Origin: a virus
Taxonomy: Duplodnaviria; Heunggongvirae; Uroviricota; Caudoviricetes
Virus record (IMG/VR): IMGVR_UViG_2563366961_000004
Span: 1-9,448 of that record
Strand: one strand, 5' to 3'
Length of the DNA stretch: 9,448 nt
Shown in pieces: positions 1 through 7,346 of the stretch. Numbering within the stretch: the first letter of the stretch is position 1; the number at the start of each line of letters is the position of its first letter. The translations under genes and the position numbers were made by a program. The notes under the pieces are model-generated. The model was given only the letters and a program-made list of their open reading frames with translations. It made no database searches and was not told the DNA's origin.

Positions 1-295
1 AAGAACTGTTCACACTGTTCACCTTTCTTTTTTCTCCTTTTATTTCATAGTGATAGGTGGTGAATAATGGGTGAAGGGTGAACATTCGATTCTTCACCTC
101 CGGCATTCTGCCGGTGTGACTTGTGCAGGGGATTAATTTCCCGTGCTGAAATCACACCGGAAGAAAAAAGTTTTTTTTGATTTGATTGTTCACACTGTTC
201 ACCTTTCGTTTTTCTCTTTTAATTTCAGTGTGATAACGGGTGAATATACGGTGAAGGGTGAACAGTGGATTGTTCACCTTCGGGGGATTCAGGGA
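1..295. repeat. crr: crr-like cis replication region: two ~105-bp direct repeats (about 2-104 and 183-287) separated by ~78 bp, each carrying TGTTCACC-type octamer iterons in both orientations
   Basis: Seen directly: copy 1 and copy 2 align along their length (AACTGTTCACACTGTTCACCTTTC...GGTGAAGGGTGAACA...TTCACC). Iterons TGTTCACA/TGTTCACC at 7-23 and 188-204; inverted GGTGAANN copies at 59-84 and 250-265. In P4, as I recall, crr is two ~120-bp direct repeats with alpha-binding TGTTCACC iterons. Sits just downstream of the alpha gene. Confidence 0.65.
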
Positions 296-296
296 T

Positions 297-321
297 AAAA
301 AAAGACCGGCAGATGCCGGTC
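297..321 (-). terminator. Rho-independent terminator downstream of the alpha gene
   Basis: Stem GACCGGC (304-310) / GCCGGTC (315-321), loop AGAT; on the - strand it is followed by a U7 run (A7 at 297-303 on +). Lies 16 nt past the alpha stop codon (338-340). Confidence 0.6.
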
Positions 322-337
322 AGATGAGTCATGATGG

Positions 338-2671
338 TCAGGTTGTTGCAGGGTCGTCACATTTTGGCAGCCAGTCGCCGTAGCTTTCCTCTTTCAGCGT
401 CAGGTTGGTCTGTATCCCCTGTTTGGTATGGCGCTTCTCGTAATTCAGTCCGTATTCCTTCAGCATCACCGGCAGCCCCAGCCCGAACATTTTCAGACTG
501 AGTACATTCCGGTAGCCGTTTGCCTCCATGTAGGCCAGATAGGCGTGATAGAGGTATTTACGGTAATTACGCGGGATGATACTGGCGTTCCCCATATACA
601 TGCCGCTGGTCTGCGGCAGGGTTTCCAGATAGCCGATAAAATCAAACGTCGGGTCGGCATCCCGTTTGATGTTCAGTGCCTCGTCTGAGTTCTGCTGGGA
701 CTGAAGCAGTGACCGGGCGAGCATCGGGTCGCTGAACTTCTGCATCAGGTGACGCACGATGACCGCCAGCTCGCGGGTGATTTTGTCCTTAAGCTGCGGG
801 TCGCGCTCCTGCGGGGCTATCTGTTCCGGGAAGTGAATAATCACCCGCCGGCGTGACACGCCGCCGCTGCGGTCGGTGAAGCGCATCGGGTTATTGTTCA
901 CGGCCAGAATCACCGCCGGGATGTGCGTGGAGTACGCATCCCGGTATTTCGGGTCAACGGACACTGCATCGCCGCCGGTGATGGCCTTGAGTCCGGCTCC
1001 GTCGCCGCTCCATTTTTCCTGGTCCGGCAGGCGTATCAGTGAGAAGCCAGTTAACGCGGCACGTTCACGCGGGGATTCCAGCGTCTCGATGGTGGCCGAC
1101 GTGGCGTTATCCTCACCGGCCAGCAGGGTGGCGATTTCGGCCATGATACTTTTGCCGCTGCCGCCGGGACCGGTCACCTCCAGAAAGAGCTGCCAGTCGT
1201 AGCGGTTTGCCAGCACCATAAACAGTGCGGCCAGAATCACGTCGCGTTTTTCCGCACGGCCACCGGCGGCACGGTCAAGCCAGCGCCAGAACGCGGGGGC
1301 GTGGGTCTCCAGCGTTTCACCGTCCACCGGCGGGGTGAAATCCACATCGCACAGGGTGCGCATCCAGTGTGACGGACTGTGCGGATGGAACGTGCCGTTC
1401 TGCGTGTCGAGCACGCCGTTACGAAAGCCAATCAGGCGGCGGGAGGGGGCTTCCTGCTGCGGAATAATCAGTTTCAGGGTGTCCACCACGGAGGCCACCT
1501 TCCCGGAGGAGAACGGCGCGCGCAGACGCTGAAACAGCCCGGCCACATCCCGGGCAAAGTCCTGTGGCGGCAGCACCTTCCAGACACCATTTTCATAGCG
1601 GGACAGAAGCTGGCCGTTGGCATCGACCGCGAGCGCCTCGCCGTAATGCTCATAGATACGCATGGCCTTTTCGCTGGTACTCATGGCGGAAAACTCTGCT
1701 TCGCTCATGGTGTCGAACGGGCTTTCAGCCGGTGGCCGGATGGCATCGTAAATGGCCTTACGGGTGGCCTCCCCGCCGTACTGCGTGAAGGCATCATTCC
1801 AGTCACCGAAGACCGGCGGCAGGGCAACAACGCCCTCACACGCATCTGCGGCTGCGGCGGCTTTTTTCTGGCCGTCACCGCTGAGGTCACGGTCTGCGGC
1901 AAGGACAATCTGACAGGCCGGATGCTTCTGCCGGGCAAGGCTGGCCAGAGAAAGGAGGTTCACGGAAGAAAGCGCCACCATCACCGTTTCACCGGTCAGG
2001 TGATGCACGGTAAGTGCGGTCGCGTATCCCTCCGCTATCCACAGACGTTTTCCGGCCTGATTCTGTCCTTCAAGGGTGTGACAGGTGCCCCTGACCTGTC
2101 CGCCTTTCAGGGTGCGCTTACGGCCGTCAGCACTGATTAACTGAAGGTTAACCAGTTCGCCGCTGTCGTCATACAGTGGCACCACAAGGTCACCGGCGCG
2201 CCAGCTCACGCCACCGGCTCTGTGTGTGCCGGTCAGCATCCGGCATTCCCGGCCGGGAAAGCCCTTGCGGGTCAGGTAGGCGTTACCGGTTCCGGGACGG
2301 GTTTTTGCCATCAGGGTTTGTGCCAGTGCGGCGGCGTTCTTCCGGGCAGCGTCTGTTTCAGCAACGGCGGCGGCCGTCACTGCCGGGTCAGCCGGGGGCA
2401 GGCTGCCGGTCACGGCAGCCACCTTTGCGGCCGCGTCGGACGGAGAGACACCAAACACCTTTCCAACCAGTTTCAGGCCGTCACCGGCACCACACTGATT
2501 GCAGTACCAGGTGCCGCGCCCCTCCCTGTCATCAAAACGGAAGCGGTCACTCCCGCCACAGACCGGACAGGGCTGATGACGGTTTTTCAGCACCTGAATC
2601 CCCAGCGCCGGGAGAATACGCGGCCAGTGGCCGAGCGCATGGCTGACGGTGGCGGTTACGTTCATTTTCAT
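338..2671 (-). CDS. alpha: P4 alpha-type replication protein (primase-helicase with C-terminal origin-binding region), 777 aa
   Basis: 777-aa ORF, the length I recall for P4 alpha. N-terminal zinc ribbon CPVCGGSDRFRFDD...WYCNQCG; primase motif WIAEGYATA; Walker A VTGPGGSGKS in the helicase part. SD GGAGAA 7 nt upstream of ATG at 2671. Iteron clusters that alpha-type proteins bind occur at 1-295 and 5011-5114. Confidence 0.93.
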   Translation of the reverse strand: MKMNVTATVSHALGHWPRILPALGIQVLKNRHQPCPVCGGSDRFRFDDREGRGTWYCNQCGAGDGLKLVGKVFGVSPSDAAAKVAAVTGSLPPADPAVTAAAVAETDAARKNAAALAQTLMAKTRPGTGNAYLTRKGFPGRECRMLTGTHRAGGVSWRAGDLVVPLYDDSGELVNLQLISADGRKRTLKGGQVRGTCHTLEGQNQAGKRLWIAEGYATALTVHHLTGETVMVALSSVNLLSLASLARQKHPACQIVLAADRDLSGDGQKKAAAAADACEGVVALPPVFGDWNDAFTQYGGEATRKAIYDAIRPPAESPFDTMSEAEFSAMSTSEKAMRIYEHYGEALAVDANGQLLSRYENGVWKVLPPQDFARDVAGLFQRLRAPFSSGKVASVVDTLKLIIPQQEAPSRRLIGFRNGVLDTQNGTFHPHSPSHWMRTLCDVDFTPPVDGETLETHAPAFWRWLDRAAGGRAEKRDVILAALFMVLANRYDWQLFLEVTGPGGSGKSIMAEIATLLAGEDNATSATIETLESPRERAALTGFSLIRLPDQEKWSGDGAGLKAITGGDAVSVDPKYRDAYSTHIPAVILAVNNNPMRFTDRSGGVSRRRVIIHFPEQIAPQERDPQLKDKITRELAVIVRHLMQKFSDPMLARSLLQSQQNSDEALNIKRDADPTFDFIGYLETLPQTSGMYMGNASIIPRNYRKYLYHAYLAYMEANGYRNVLSLKMFGLGLPVMLKEYGLNYEKRHTKQGIQTNLTLKEESYGDWLPKCDDPATT

Positions 2672-2685
2672 GGTGTTGTTCTCCT

Positions 2686-3006
2686 TCAGTGCAGTACCGG
2701 CGCTTTTATGTGACGGGCACAGAGTTCATCCATCACAACCAGCCCGAGAAAGGACAGCGACGGCGCGGCCTTCAGGGGGCCGGATTCCATTAAATCTTCC
2801 AGCAGGGCACAGGCTATCTGACGCCCTTTTTCCTCACCGTGCTGGCGCAGATAAAAGCCTTCCAGCTCAGCGGCGATGGCCGCCTCCAGTGACTCAAGGG
2901 TGAGATGCGGGTAGCGGTGCTGACGTTCGCACACGGTCAGCCAGGCACAGGCGACAGCGCGACGGTAAAGGGCAGCACGTAAGACGGGCGGTAAGGGTGT
3001 TTTCAT
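2686..3006 (-). CDS. Hypothetical protein, 106 aa, immediately upstream of alpha in the left operon
   Basis: ORF with strong SD (GGGAGGAAA) upstream of ATG at 3006; ends 14 nt before the alpha start. Protein-like composition. Function not recognisable from sequence. Confidence 0.7.
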
Positions 3007-3141
3007 TTGTTTTCCTCCCTGTGACAGATGACTGCATTCCGTGCCGGTTGCATTAACTGATAAGGCATATCTGCGTCTCCTGAAGACGTGCGTATCCCTG
3101 CGCGAATACGCACATTTAATTTTTCGGGTGTCGTTTTTTAA

Positions 3142-3597
3142 TTACAGATAATTGCGGTAACTGTTATCCGGGGTGATTTCCGGGTCAGGCTCCGTGCGGG
3201 GAATTTCCCGCCATTCCCGCGCCACCGGTGCCGCCCGGCTGACCGGAACAGGGGCCTGCGGGTAAATATCCAGATATTTCTCCCGCCATTTCTGTAATTC
3301 CGGGTCTCCGGCCATTTCTTTCAGTACCGCATGCCGGTTTACGGGGCTGCGTTTAAACAGGTCAGGACGGTCACAGGTAAATTCCCGCAGAAAACGCCCC
3401 AGCGGGATGTCTGTGGTGCGCCCGTCAGCGAGGATACGCACAAGGATACTGAATTTACGGCGGTACGGGTTCCAGACAATGTCCGGGCAGCGGTACGGCA
3501 TTTCCCACGGAATACCGTCTTCCAGAATGCCGACCACGGCCACATCGGGAAAACCGGCAGAACGGTAAATCTCACCGGGCTGGGGAAAATCAAACAT
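3142..3597 (-). CDS. Hypothetical protein, 151 aa, left operon (size matches my recollection of a P4 'orf151')
   Basis: ORF whose ATG (3597-3595) overlaps the stop of the upstream 95-aa ORF in the sequence ATGTTTGA, consistent with translational coupling. No catalytic motif recognised. Confidence 0.75.
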   Translation of the reverse strand: MFDFPQPGEIYRSAGFPDVAVVGILEDGIPWEMPYRCPDIVWNPYRRKFSILVRILADGRTTDIPLGRFLREFTCDRPDLFKRSPVNRHAVLKEMAGDPELQKWREKYLDIYPQAPVPVSRAAPVAREWREIPRTEPDPEITPDNSYRNYL

Positions 3598-3877
3598 GCG
3601 TCTTGTCTCCCCGGTCTTTCTGCTGGGCGAGAAAATCGCGGCACAGGCCTTTGGCTTTCAGCTCATTCAGCACAAAATCAATATCTTCATTCAGGTAGCT
3701 GAAAATATGCGGAATGTAGAGCTGATGCAGGCCGGAGAGTTCACGGTGAATCAAATCACCCCCAACAAACTGGGATACGGCGCTGGCGCGGTTGAGCTTA
3801 TGGTAAGCCTCAATGCTGAGGTGTTCACGGGCGTCATGACGCGCTGAGACGGTCTGAGGGGCTTTTTTATTACGCAC
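3590..3877 (-). CDS. Small protein, 95 aa if started at GTG 3877; positional candidate for a P4 epsilon-like helper-derepression protein
   Basis: SD GGAGGT 5 nt upstream of GTG at 3877-3875; this start overlaps the stop of the upstream 65-aa ORF (GTGCGTAA). The longer 147-aa reading from ATG 4033 adds a Cys/Pro/Ser-rich, non-protein-like N-terminus and is disfavoured. Assignment as epsilon rests on position and size only. Confidence 0.55.
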   Translation of the reverse strand: MRNKKAPQTVSARHDAREHLSIEAYHKLNRASAVSQFVGGDLIHRELSGLHQLYIPHIFSYLNEDIDFVLNELKAKGLCRDFLAQQKDRGDKTHV

Positions 3878-4067
3878 GGGACACCTCCACCACCGGCAGA
3901 CGGGCAGCAAGGGAGAGCACATAGTCACGGACAAGGGAACGGCGGGCACTGCGTTCATCACCGGCGACGGTGCGAAGCATGCAGATACGGGGATGACGGT
4001 CTGCGCGACGGACAGCCGCAAACACAAAGACAAATTCAGGGTGTGAAGGGGTAAGGGTTGTAGCCAT
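3870..4067 (-). CDS. Small hypothetical protein, 65 aa, first translated ORF after the immunity leader (a kil-like position in P4 terms)
   Basis: ATG at 4067-4065 preceded by GGAGG with 8-nt spacing; it is the C-terminal part of a longer artefactual 214-aa ORF. Stop overlaps the GTG start of the next ORF. Function unknown. Confidence 0.4.
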   Translation of the reverse strand: MATTLTPSHPEFVFVFAAVRRADRHPRICMLRTVAGDERSARRSLVRDYVLSLAARLPVVEVSRA

Positions 4068-4097
4068 GATGGCAGCCTCCGTTAGATAGCAGGTTAC

Positions 4098-4385
4098 GCT
4101 ATCGCCGGAGTTTCCACGCTCGATGGCGATAGCCCAGACGGGGGTGGAAATACCGGCTCTAACGGATACCGGCCAGCCCGGAGGCTGCCCCGCCTGAGCT
4201 ACCATTGACTCTGCGGCATAATGAGCGGACGCGGGCAGGATGCACGGAGTTCCATCTGCTCGACTGACCACACACCACACCATAATCTGGCGCTCTGTGG
4301 CGTTGATTGCGACACAAAAAAAGACGCATGGCGCGTCATATGTCGCCGTTAGATTGCTCGGGTTTCCACGCCCGGCTGCCGATTT
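4098..4385 (-). promoter_or_regulatory. P4-type immunity/leader region: two GCGUGGAAAC boxes (RNA sense) flanking one complementary UUUCCAC box; candidate CI-like small RNA and seqA/seqB/seqC-like architecture
   Basis: Seen directly: GTTTCCACGC on + at 4110-4119 and 4362-4371; complement GTGGAAA at 4144-4150; box 4110-4119 lies in the loop of a 9-bp hairpin (GCTATCGCC 4098-4106 / GGCGATAGC 4125-4133). In P4, immunity is an RNA (CI) whose seqB pairs with seqA and seqC on the nascent leader. Exact RNA ends cannot be set from sequence. Confidence 0.4.
4316..4337 (-). terminator. Intrinsic terminator inside the leftward leader, between the promoter-proximal box and the complementary box
   Basis: Stem GACGC (4323-4327) / GCGTC (4333-4337), loop ATGGC; followed on the - strand by U7 (A7 at 4316-4322 on +). 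Confidence 0.5.
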
Positions 4386-4400
4386 TGCGACAGCGGAAAA

Positions 4401-4430
4401 ACTATATCCGCAAATGCCGGAAAAAGGCAA
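4401..4430 (-). promoter_or_regulatory. Candidate sigma70 promoter for the leftward leader/operon (PLE-like)
   Basis: On the - strand: TTGCCT (-35; + coordinates 4430-4425), 18-bp spacer, TATAGT (-10; 4406-4401). Located between the vis stop (4466) and the first GCGUGGAAAC box. Hexamer matching only. Confidence 0.35.
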
Positions 4431-4465
4431 GCCAGAAAAAGGGACTTTTTGCAGAACAGGCATCA

Positions 4466-4732
4466 TCATGCGTCGTACCCCCGTTTGCGTCCGGCAATGC
4501 GGCCGGCCATCCATGCGGTGACTTCAGAGTGCAGCCAGGCCACATTTTTACCGCCAAGACTCACCTGCGGCGGAAATTCCCCCTTACGGATGAGTTCGTA
4601 GATGGTCGAGCGTGACAGGCCGCACAGGTGCATCACTTCCGGAAGACGTAAAAAACGCTCCTGTGTGATGTCCGGCAGCGGCATCAGTGGCGTCACAGGG
4701 GCGGGAGACGGGGAAGAAAAAACAGCTTGCAT
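4466..4732 (-). CDS. vis: AlpA/Vis-family small DNA-binding regulator/excisionase, 88 aa
   Basis: Core [50 protein letters not shown] is the characteristic AlpA-family helix-turn-helix region. SD GAGGT 6 nt upstream of ATG 4732. An internal start at Met17 (72 aa) cannot be excluded. Confidence 0.8.
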   Translation of the reverse strand: MQAVFSSPSPAPVTPLMPLPDITQERFLRLPEVMHLCGLSRSTIYELIRKGEFPPQVSLGGKNVAWLHSEVTAWMAGRIAGRKRGYDA

Positions 4733-4834
4733 CGGGCTACCTCGTTAATGTCCATACAGCACCGGATAAGTCCGTCCGGCTTCGGGTAGCGCTTTATTTT
4801 GTGAATATTTTCGGCAGACGCAACAGGGGGGATT

Positions 4835-4852
4835 TGTTCCGGCAGCCTTACA
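4835..4852. promoter_or_regulatory. TGT-N12-ACA dyad, candidate Delta/Ogr activator site of a leftward late promoter (PLL-like) upstream of vis
   Basis: TGTTCCGGCAGCCTTACA fits the TGT-N12-ACA dyad that P2/P4 late promoters carry near -55. Lies about 100 bp upstream of the vis start on the - strand. Confidence 0.35.
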
Positions 4853-5010
4853 ATGGCTGTGCATTTTTTGTACATCAGCGCCAGATAGCTTTAAAACGCT
4901 CTGGAAGGAGCTGGAAAAAATTATAGTGAAATACAAATTGTTTTTTCTTATTTATTTCAGTGAATTAATAAAAATAAAAAGTAATAAACAGCACAAAAAG
5001 CCCATCAACG

Positions 5011-5114
5011 GGTGAACAGTGGTGAACAGACGGTGAACAGTCATTACTGCGATTGTTCACCCTTTAACTTACTGTATTACTTATCTTTTTTCTTATTGTG
5101 AACAGAGGTGAACA
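5011..5114. repeat. ori: ori-like iteron cluster: six TGTTCACC-type octamers next to an AT-rich block (about 4921-4990)
   Basis: GGTGAACA at 5011-5018, 5021-5028, 5032-5039; inverted TGTTCACC at 5054-5061; TGTGAACA at 5097-5104; GGTGAACA at 5107-5114. Same octamer as in the 1-295 repeats. Located between the divergent vis and sid genes. P4 ori is recalled to contain alpha-binding iterons. Confidence 0.65.
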
Positions 5115-5195
5115 GTAAAATATAAAAAAAAACAAACAGTAAGCCGGTTTTTCCTGCGACCTTTTCCTGGCTTGCCGGTCTGAGGATGAGTCTCC

Positions 5196-5213
5196 TGTGT
5201 CAGGGCTGGCACA
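5196..5213 (+). promoter_or_regulatory. TGT-N12-ACA dyad, candidate Delta/Ogr-dependent late promoter for sid-delta-psu (Psid-like)
   Basis: TGTGTCAGGGCTGGCACA at 5196-5213; centre about 80 bp upstream of the sid ATG (5286), compatible with an activator site near -55 and a short leader. Confidence 0.4.
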
Positions 5214-5285
5214 TCTGCAATGCGTCGTGTTGTTGTCCGGTGTACGTCACAATTTTCTTAACCTGAAGTGACGAGGAACCGGAAA

Positions 5286-6020
5286 ATGTCTGACAACACC
5301 ATCCCTGAATATCTGCAACCCGCGCTGGCACAACTGGAAAAGGCCAGAGCCGCCCATCTTGAGAACGCCCGCCTGATGGATGAGACCGTCACGGCCATTG
5401 AACGGGCAGAGCAGGAAAAAAATGCGCTGGCGCAGGCCGACGGAAACGACGCTGACGACTGGCGCACGGCCTTTCGTGCAGCCGGTGGTGTCCTGAGCGA
5501 TGAGCTGAAACAGCGCCACATTGAGCGCGTGGCACGCCGGGAGCTGGTACAGGAATATGACAATCTGGCCGTGGTGCTGAATTTTGAACGCGAACGCCTG
5601 AAAGGGGCGTGTGACAGCACGGCCACCGCCTACCGGAAGGCACATCATCACCTTCTGAGTCTGTATGCAGAGCATGAGCTGGAACACGCCCTGAATGAAA
5701 CCTGTGAGGCGCTTGTCCGGGCAATGCATCTGAGCATCCTGGTACAGGAAAATCCGCTCGCCAACACCACCGGCCATCAGGGCTACATCGCACCGGAAAA
5801 GGCTGTCATGCAGCAGGTGAAATCATCGCTGGAACAGAAAATAAAACAGATGCAAATCAGCCTCAGCGGTGAGCCGGTTCTCCGGCTGACCGGACTGTCA
5901 GCGGCAACACTCCCGCACATGGATTATGAGGTGGCAGGCACACCGGCACAGCGCAAGGTGTGGCAGGACAAAATAGACCAGCAGGGAGCAGAGCTTAAGG
6001 CCAGAGGACTGCTGTCATGA
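5286..6020 (+). CDS. sid: Sid, capsid size-determination (external scaffold) protein, 244 aa
   Basis: Protein begins MSDNTIPEYLQPALAQLEKARAAHLENARL, which I recognise as P4 Sid. ATG 5286 has SD GAGGAA 7 nt upstream; the ORF-track start at 5268 is an in-frame GTG 18 nt upstream and less likely. Stop overlaps the delta start (ATGA at 6017-6020). Confidence 0.9.
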   Translation: MSDNTIPEYLQPALAQLEKARAAHLENARLMDETVTAIERAEQEKNALAQADGNDADDWRTAFRAAGGVLSDELKQRHIERVARRELVQEYDNLAVVLNFERERLKGACDSTATAYRKAHHHLLSLYAEHELEHALNETCEALVRAMHLSILVQENPLANTTGHQGYIAPEKAVMQQVKSSLEQKIKQMQISLSGEPVLRLTGLSAATLPHMDYEVAGTPAQRKVWQDKIDQQGAELKARGLLS

Positions 6021-6517
6021 TTTACTGCCCGTCGTGTGGACATGTTGCTCACACCCGTCGCGCACATTTCATGGACGATGGCACCAAGATAATGATTGCA
6101 CAGTGCCGGAATATTTATTGCTCTGCGACATTTGAAGCGAGTGAAAGCTTTTTCTCTGACTGTAAAGATTCAGGAATGGAATACATTTCAGGCAAACAGA
6201 GATACCGCGATTCACTGACTTCTGCCTCCGGCAGTATGAAACGCCCGAAAAGAATGCTTGTTACCGGATATTGTTGTCGGAGATGTAAAGGCCTTGCACT
6301 GTCAAGAACATCGCGGCGTCTGTCTCAGGAAGTCACCGAACGTTTTTATGTGTGCACGGAGCCGGGCTGTGGTCTGGTGTTTAAAACGCTTCAGACCATC
6401 AACCGCTTCATTGTCCGCCCGGTCACGCCGGACGAACTGGCAGAACGCCTGCATGAAAAACAGGAACTGCCGCCAGTACGGTTAAAAACACAATCATATT
6501 CGCTGCGTCTGGAATGA
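6017..6517 (+). CDS. delta: Delta, late-gene transcriptional activator (tandem Ogr-like zinc-finger domains), 166 aa
   Basis: Two Cys4 modules (CPSCGH...CRNIYC and CCRRCK...CTEPGC); 166 aa as I recall for P4 Delta; translationally coupled to sid. Confidence 0.9.
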   Translation: MIYCPSCGHVAHTRRAHFMDDGTKIMIAQCRNIYCSATFEASESFFSDCKDSGMEYISGKQRYRDSLTSASGSMKRPKRMLVTGYCCRRCKGLALSRTSRRLSQEVTERFYVCTEPGCGLVFKTLQTINRFIVRPVTPDELAERLHEKQELPPVRLKTQSYSLRLE

Positions 6518-6590
6518 GGGCTGCCGGTTAACCCCGGCCGTCGCCGCACACCGTATTTTTATTCTTCAGCATGATGAGAAAGAGATAACG

Positions 6591-7163
6591 ATGGAAAGCA
6601 CAGCCTTACAGCAGGCCTTTGACACCTGTCAGAATAACAAAGCAGCATGGCTGCAACGCAAAAATGAGCTGGCTGCGGCCGAACAGGAATATCTGCGGCT
6701 TCTGTCAGGAGAAGGCAGAAACGTCAGTCGCCTGGACGAATTACGCAATATTATCGAAGTCAGAAAATGGCAGGTGAATCAGGCCGCCGGTCGTTATATT
6801 CGTTCGCATGAAGCCGTTCAGCACATCAGCATCCGCGACCGGCTGAATGATTTTATGCTGCAGCACGGCACAGCACTGGCGGCCGCACTGGCACCGGAGC
6901 TGATGGGCTACAGTGAGCTGACGGCCATTGCCCGAAACTGTGCCATACAGCGTGCCACAGATGCCCTGCGTGAAGCCCTCCTGTCCTGGCTTGCGAAGGG
7001 TGAAAAAATTAATTATTCCGCACAGGATAGCGACATTTTAACGACCATCGGATTCAGGCCTGACGCGGCTTCGGTGGATGACAGCCGTGAAAAATTCACC
7101 CCTGCGCAGAACATGATTTTTTCGCGTAAAAGTGCGCAACTGGTATCACATCAGTCTGTGTAA
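6591..7163 (+). CDS. psu: Psu, polarity suppression / capsid decoration protein, 190 aa
   Basis: 190-aa ORF beginning MESTALQQAFDT, in the sid-delta-psu order typical of P4; followed by a terminator hairpin and then cos. Confidence 0.9.
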   Translation: MESTALQQAFDTCQNNKAAWLQRKNELAAAEQEYLRLLSGEGRNVSRLDELRNIIEVRKWQVNQAAGRYIRSHEAVQHISIRDRLNDFMLQHGTALAAALAPELMGYSELTAIARNCAIQRATDALREALLSWLAKGEKINYSAQDSDILTTIGFRPDAASVDDSREKFTPAQNMIFSRKSAQLVSHQSV

Positions 7164-7199
7164 AACTCCCCGAAAATCCGCCCGTTTTTACTGAAAAAA

Positions 7200-7232
7200 G
7201 CCATGCATCGATAAGGTGCATGGCTTTGCATG
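7200..7232. terminator. Bidirectional intrinsic terminator between the convergent psu (+) and cargo NTPase (-) genes
   Basis: Stem GCCATGCA (7200-7207) / TGCATGGC (7217-7224), loop TCGATAAGG; flanked by AAAAAA on the 5' side (U6 for the - strand) and TTTGCATGCGTTTT on the 3' side. Confidence 0.55.
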
Positions 7233-7327
7233 CGTTTTCCTGCCTCATTTTCTGTAAACCGTGCCATTCCCGGCGCGGTCTGAGCGTGTCAGTACAACTG
7301 CATTAAAACCGCCCCGCAAAGCGGGCG

Positions 7328-7346
7328 GGCGAGGCGGGGAAAGCAC
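7328..7346. other. cos: cos site core: 19-nt P2/P4 cohesive-end sequence
   Basis: Exact GGCGAGGCGGGGAAAGCAC at 7328-7346, the cohesive-end sequence I recall for P2 and P4. Preceded by a GC-rich dyad (CCCGCAAAGCGGG, about 7313-7325). In P4 cos lies directly after psu, as here. Confidence 0.8.

Noticed and set aside
876-2646. Several + strand ORFs (108, 65, 253, 74, 156 aa) and - strand ORFs (64, 77 aa) inside the alpha gene
   Set aside because: All lie within the well-supported 777-aa alpha CDS in other frames or antisense; they are Arg/Gly/His/Pro-rich as expected for out-of-frame readings of GC-rich coding DNA and have no start signals.
3590-4033. 147-aa version of the 95-aa ORF starting at ATG 4033
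   Set aside because: The extra N-terminal 52 residues are Cys/Pro/Ser-rich and overlap the 65-aa ORF, which has a strong SD; the GTG at 3877 has its own GGAGGT SD and overlaps the upstream stop.
4190-4210. tRNA-like motif (UAGCUCAG in RNA sense) in the immunity region
   Set aside because: It resembles a tRNA D-arm segment, but no acceptor stem, anticodon arm or T-arm (GGTTCGAATCC-type) can be built around it, so it is not called a tRNA gene.
3870-4615. 214-aa - strand ORF and 93/102-aa + strand ORFs across the immunity leader and vis
   Set aside because: They run through the promoter, terminator and box elements and into vis; only the last 65 codons of the 214-aa frame have a ribosome-binding site. 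The + strand ORFs are antisense to vis and the leader and lack start signals.
4687-4936. Small ORFs (79, 60, 63 aa) in the vis-ori intergenic region
   Set aside because: They overlap the vis start and the AT-rich promoter/origin region, have no SD and odd composition; the region is better explained as regulatory DNA.
1-5114. The repeated TGTTCAC(C/A) octamers as a possible CRISPR array
   Set aside because: The repeats are 8 bp, irregularly spaced, present in both orientations and clustered at two loci flanking a replication gene, which fits iterons. No 25-40 bp repeats with uniform spacers exist.
5247-5793. - strand ORFs of 176, 122 and 134 aa antisense to sid
   Set aside because: They overlap the confidently identified Sid CDS on the opposite strand and have low-complexity Arg/Ala/Ser/Cys-rich translations.
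6258-6485. 75-aa + strand ORF inside delta
   Set aside because: Alternative frame of the well-supported delta CDS with no independent start signal.
6531-6575. Short hairpin (GCCGG-TTAACC-CCGGC) between delta and psu as an attenuator
   Set aside because: Only a 5-bp stem and the T-run is about 17 nt away; not enough to call a terminator within what looks like a single sid-delta-psu operon.
7305-7330. GC-rich dyad (CCCGCAAAGCGGG) followed by UUUU on the - strand as the terminator of the cargo gene
   Set aside because: It directly abuts the exact 19-nt cos cohesive-end sequence and is more simply read as part of the conserved cos region; the cleaner hairpin at 7200-7224 already serves as a terminator.
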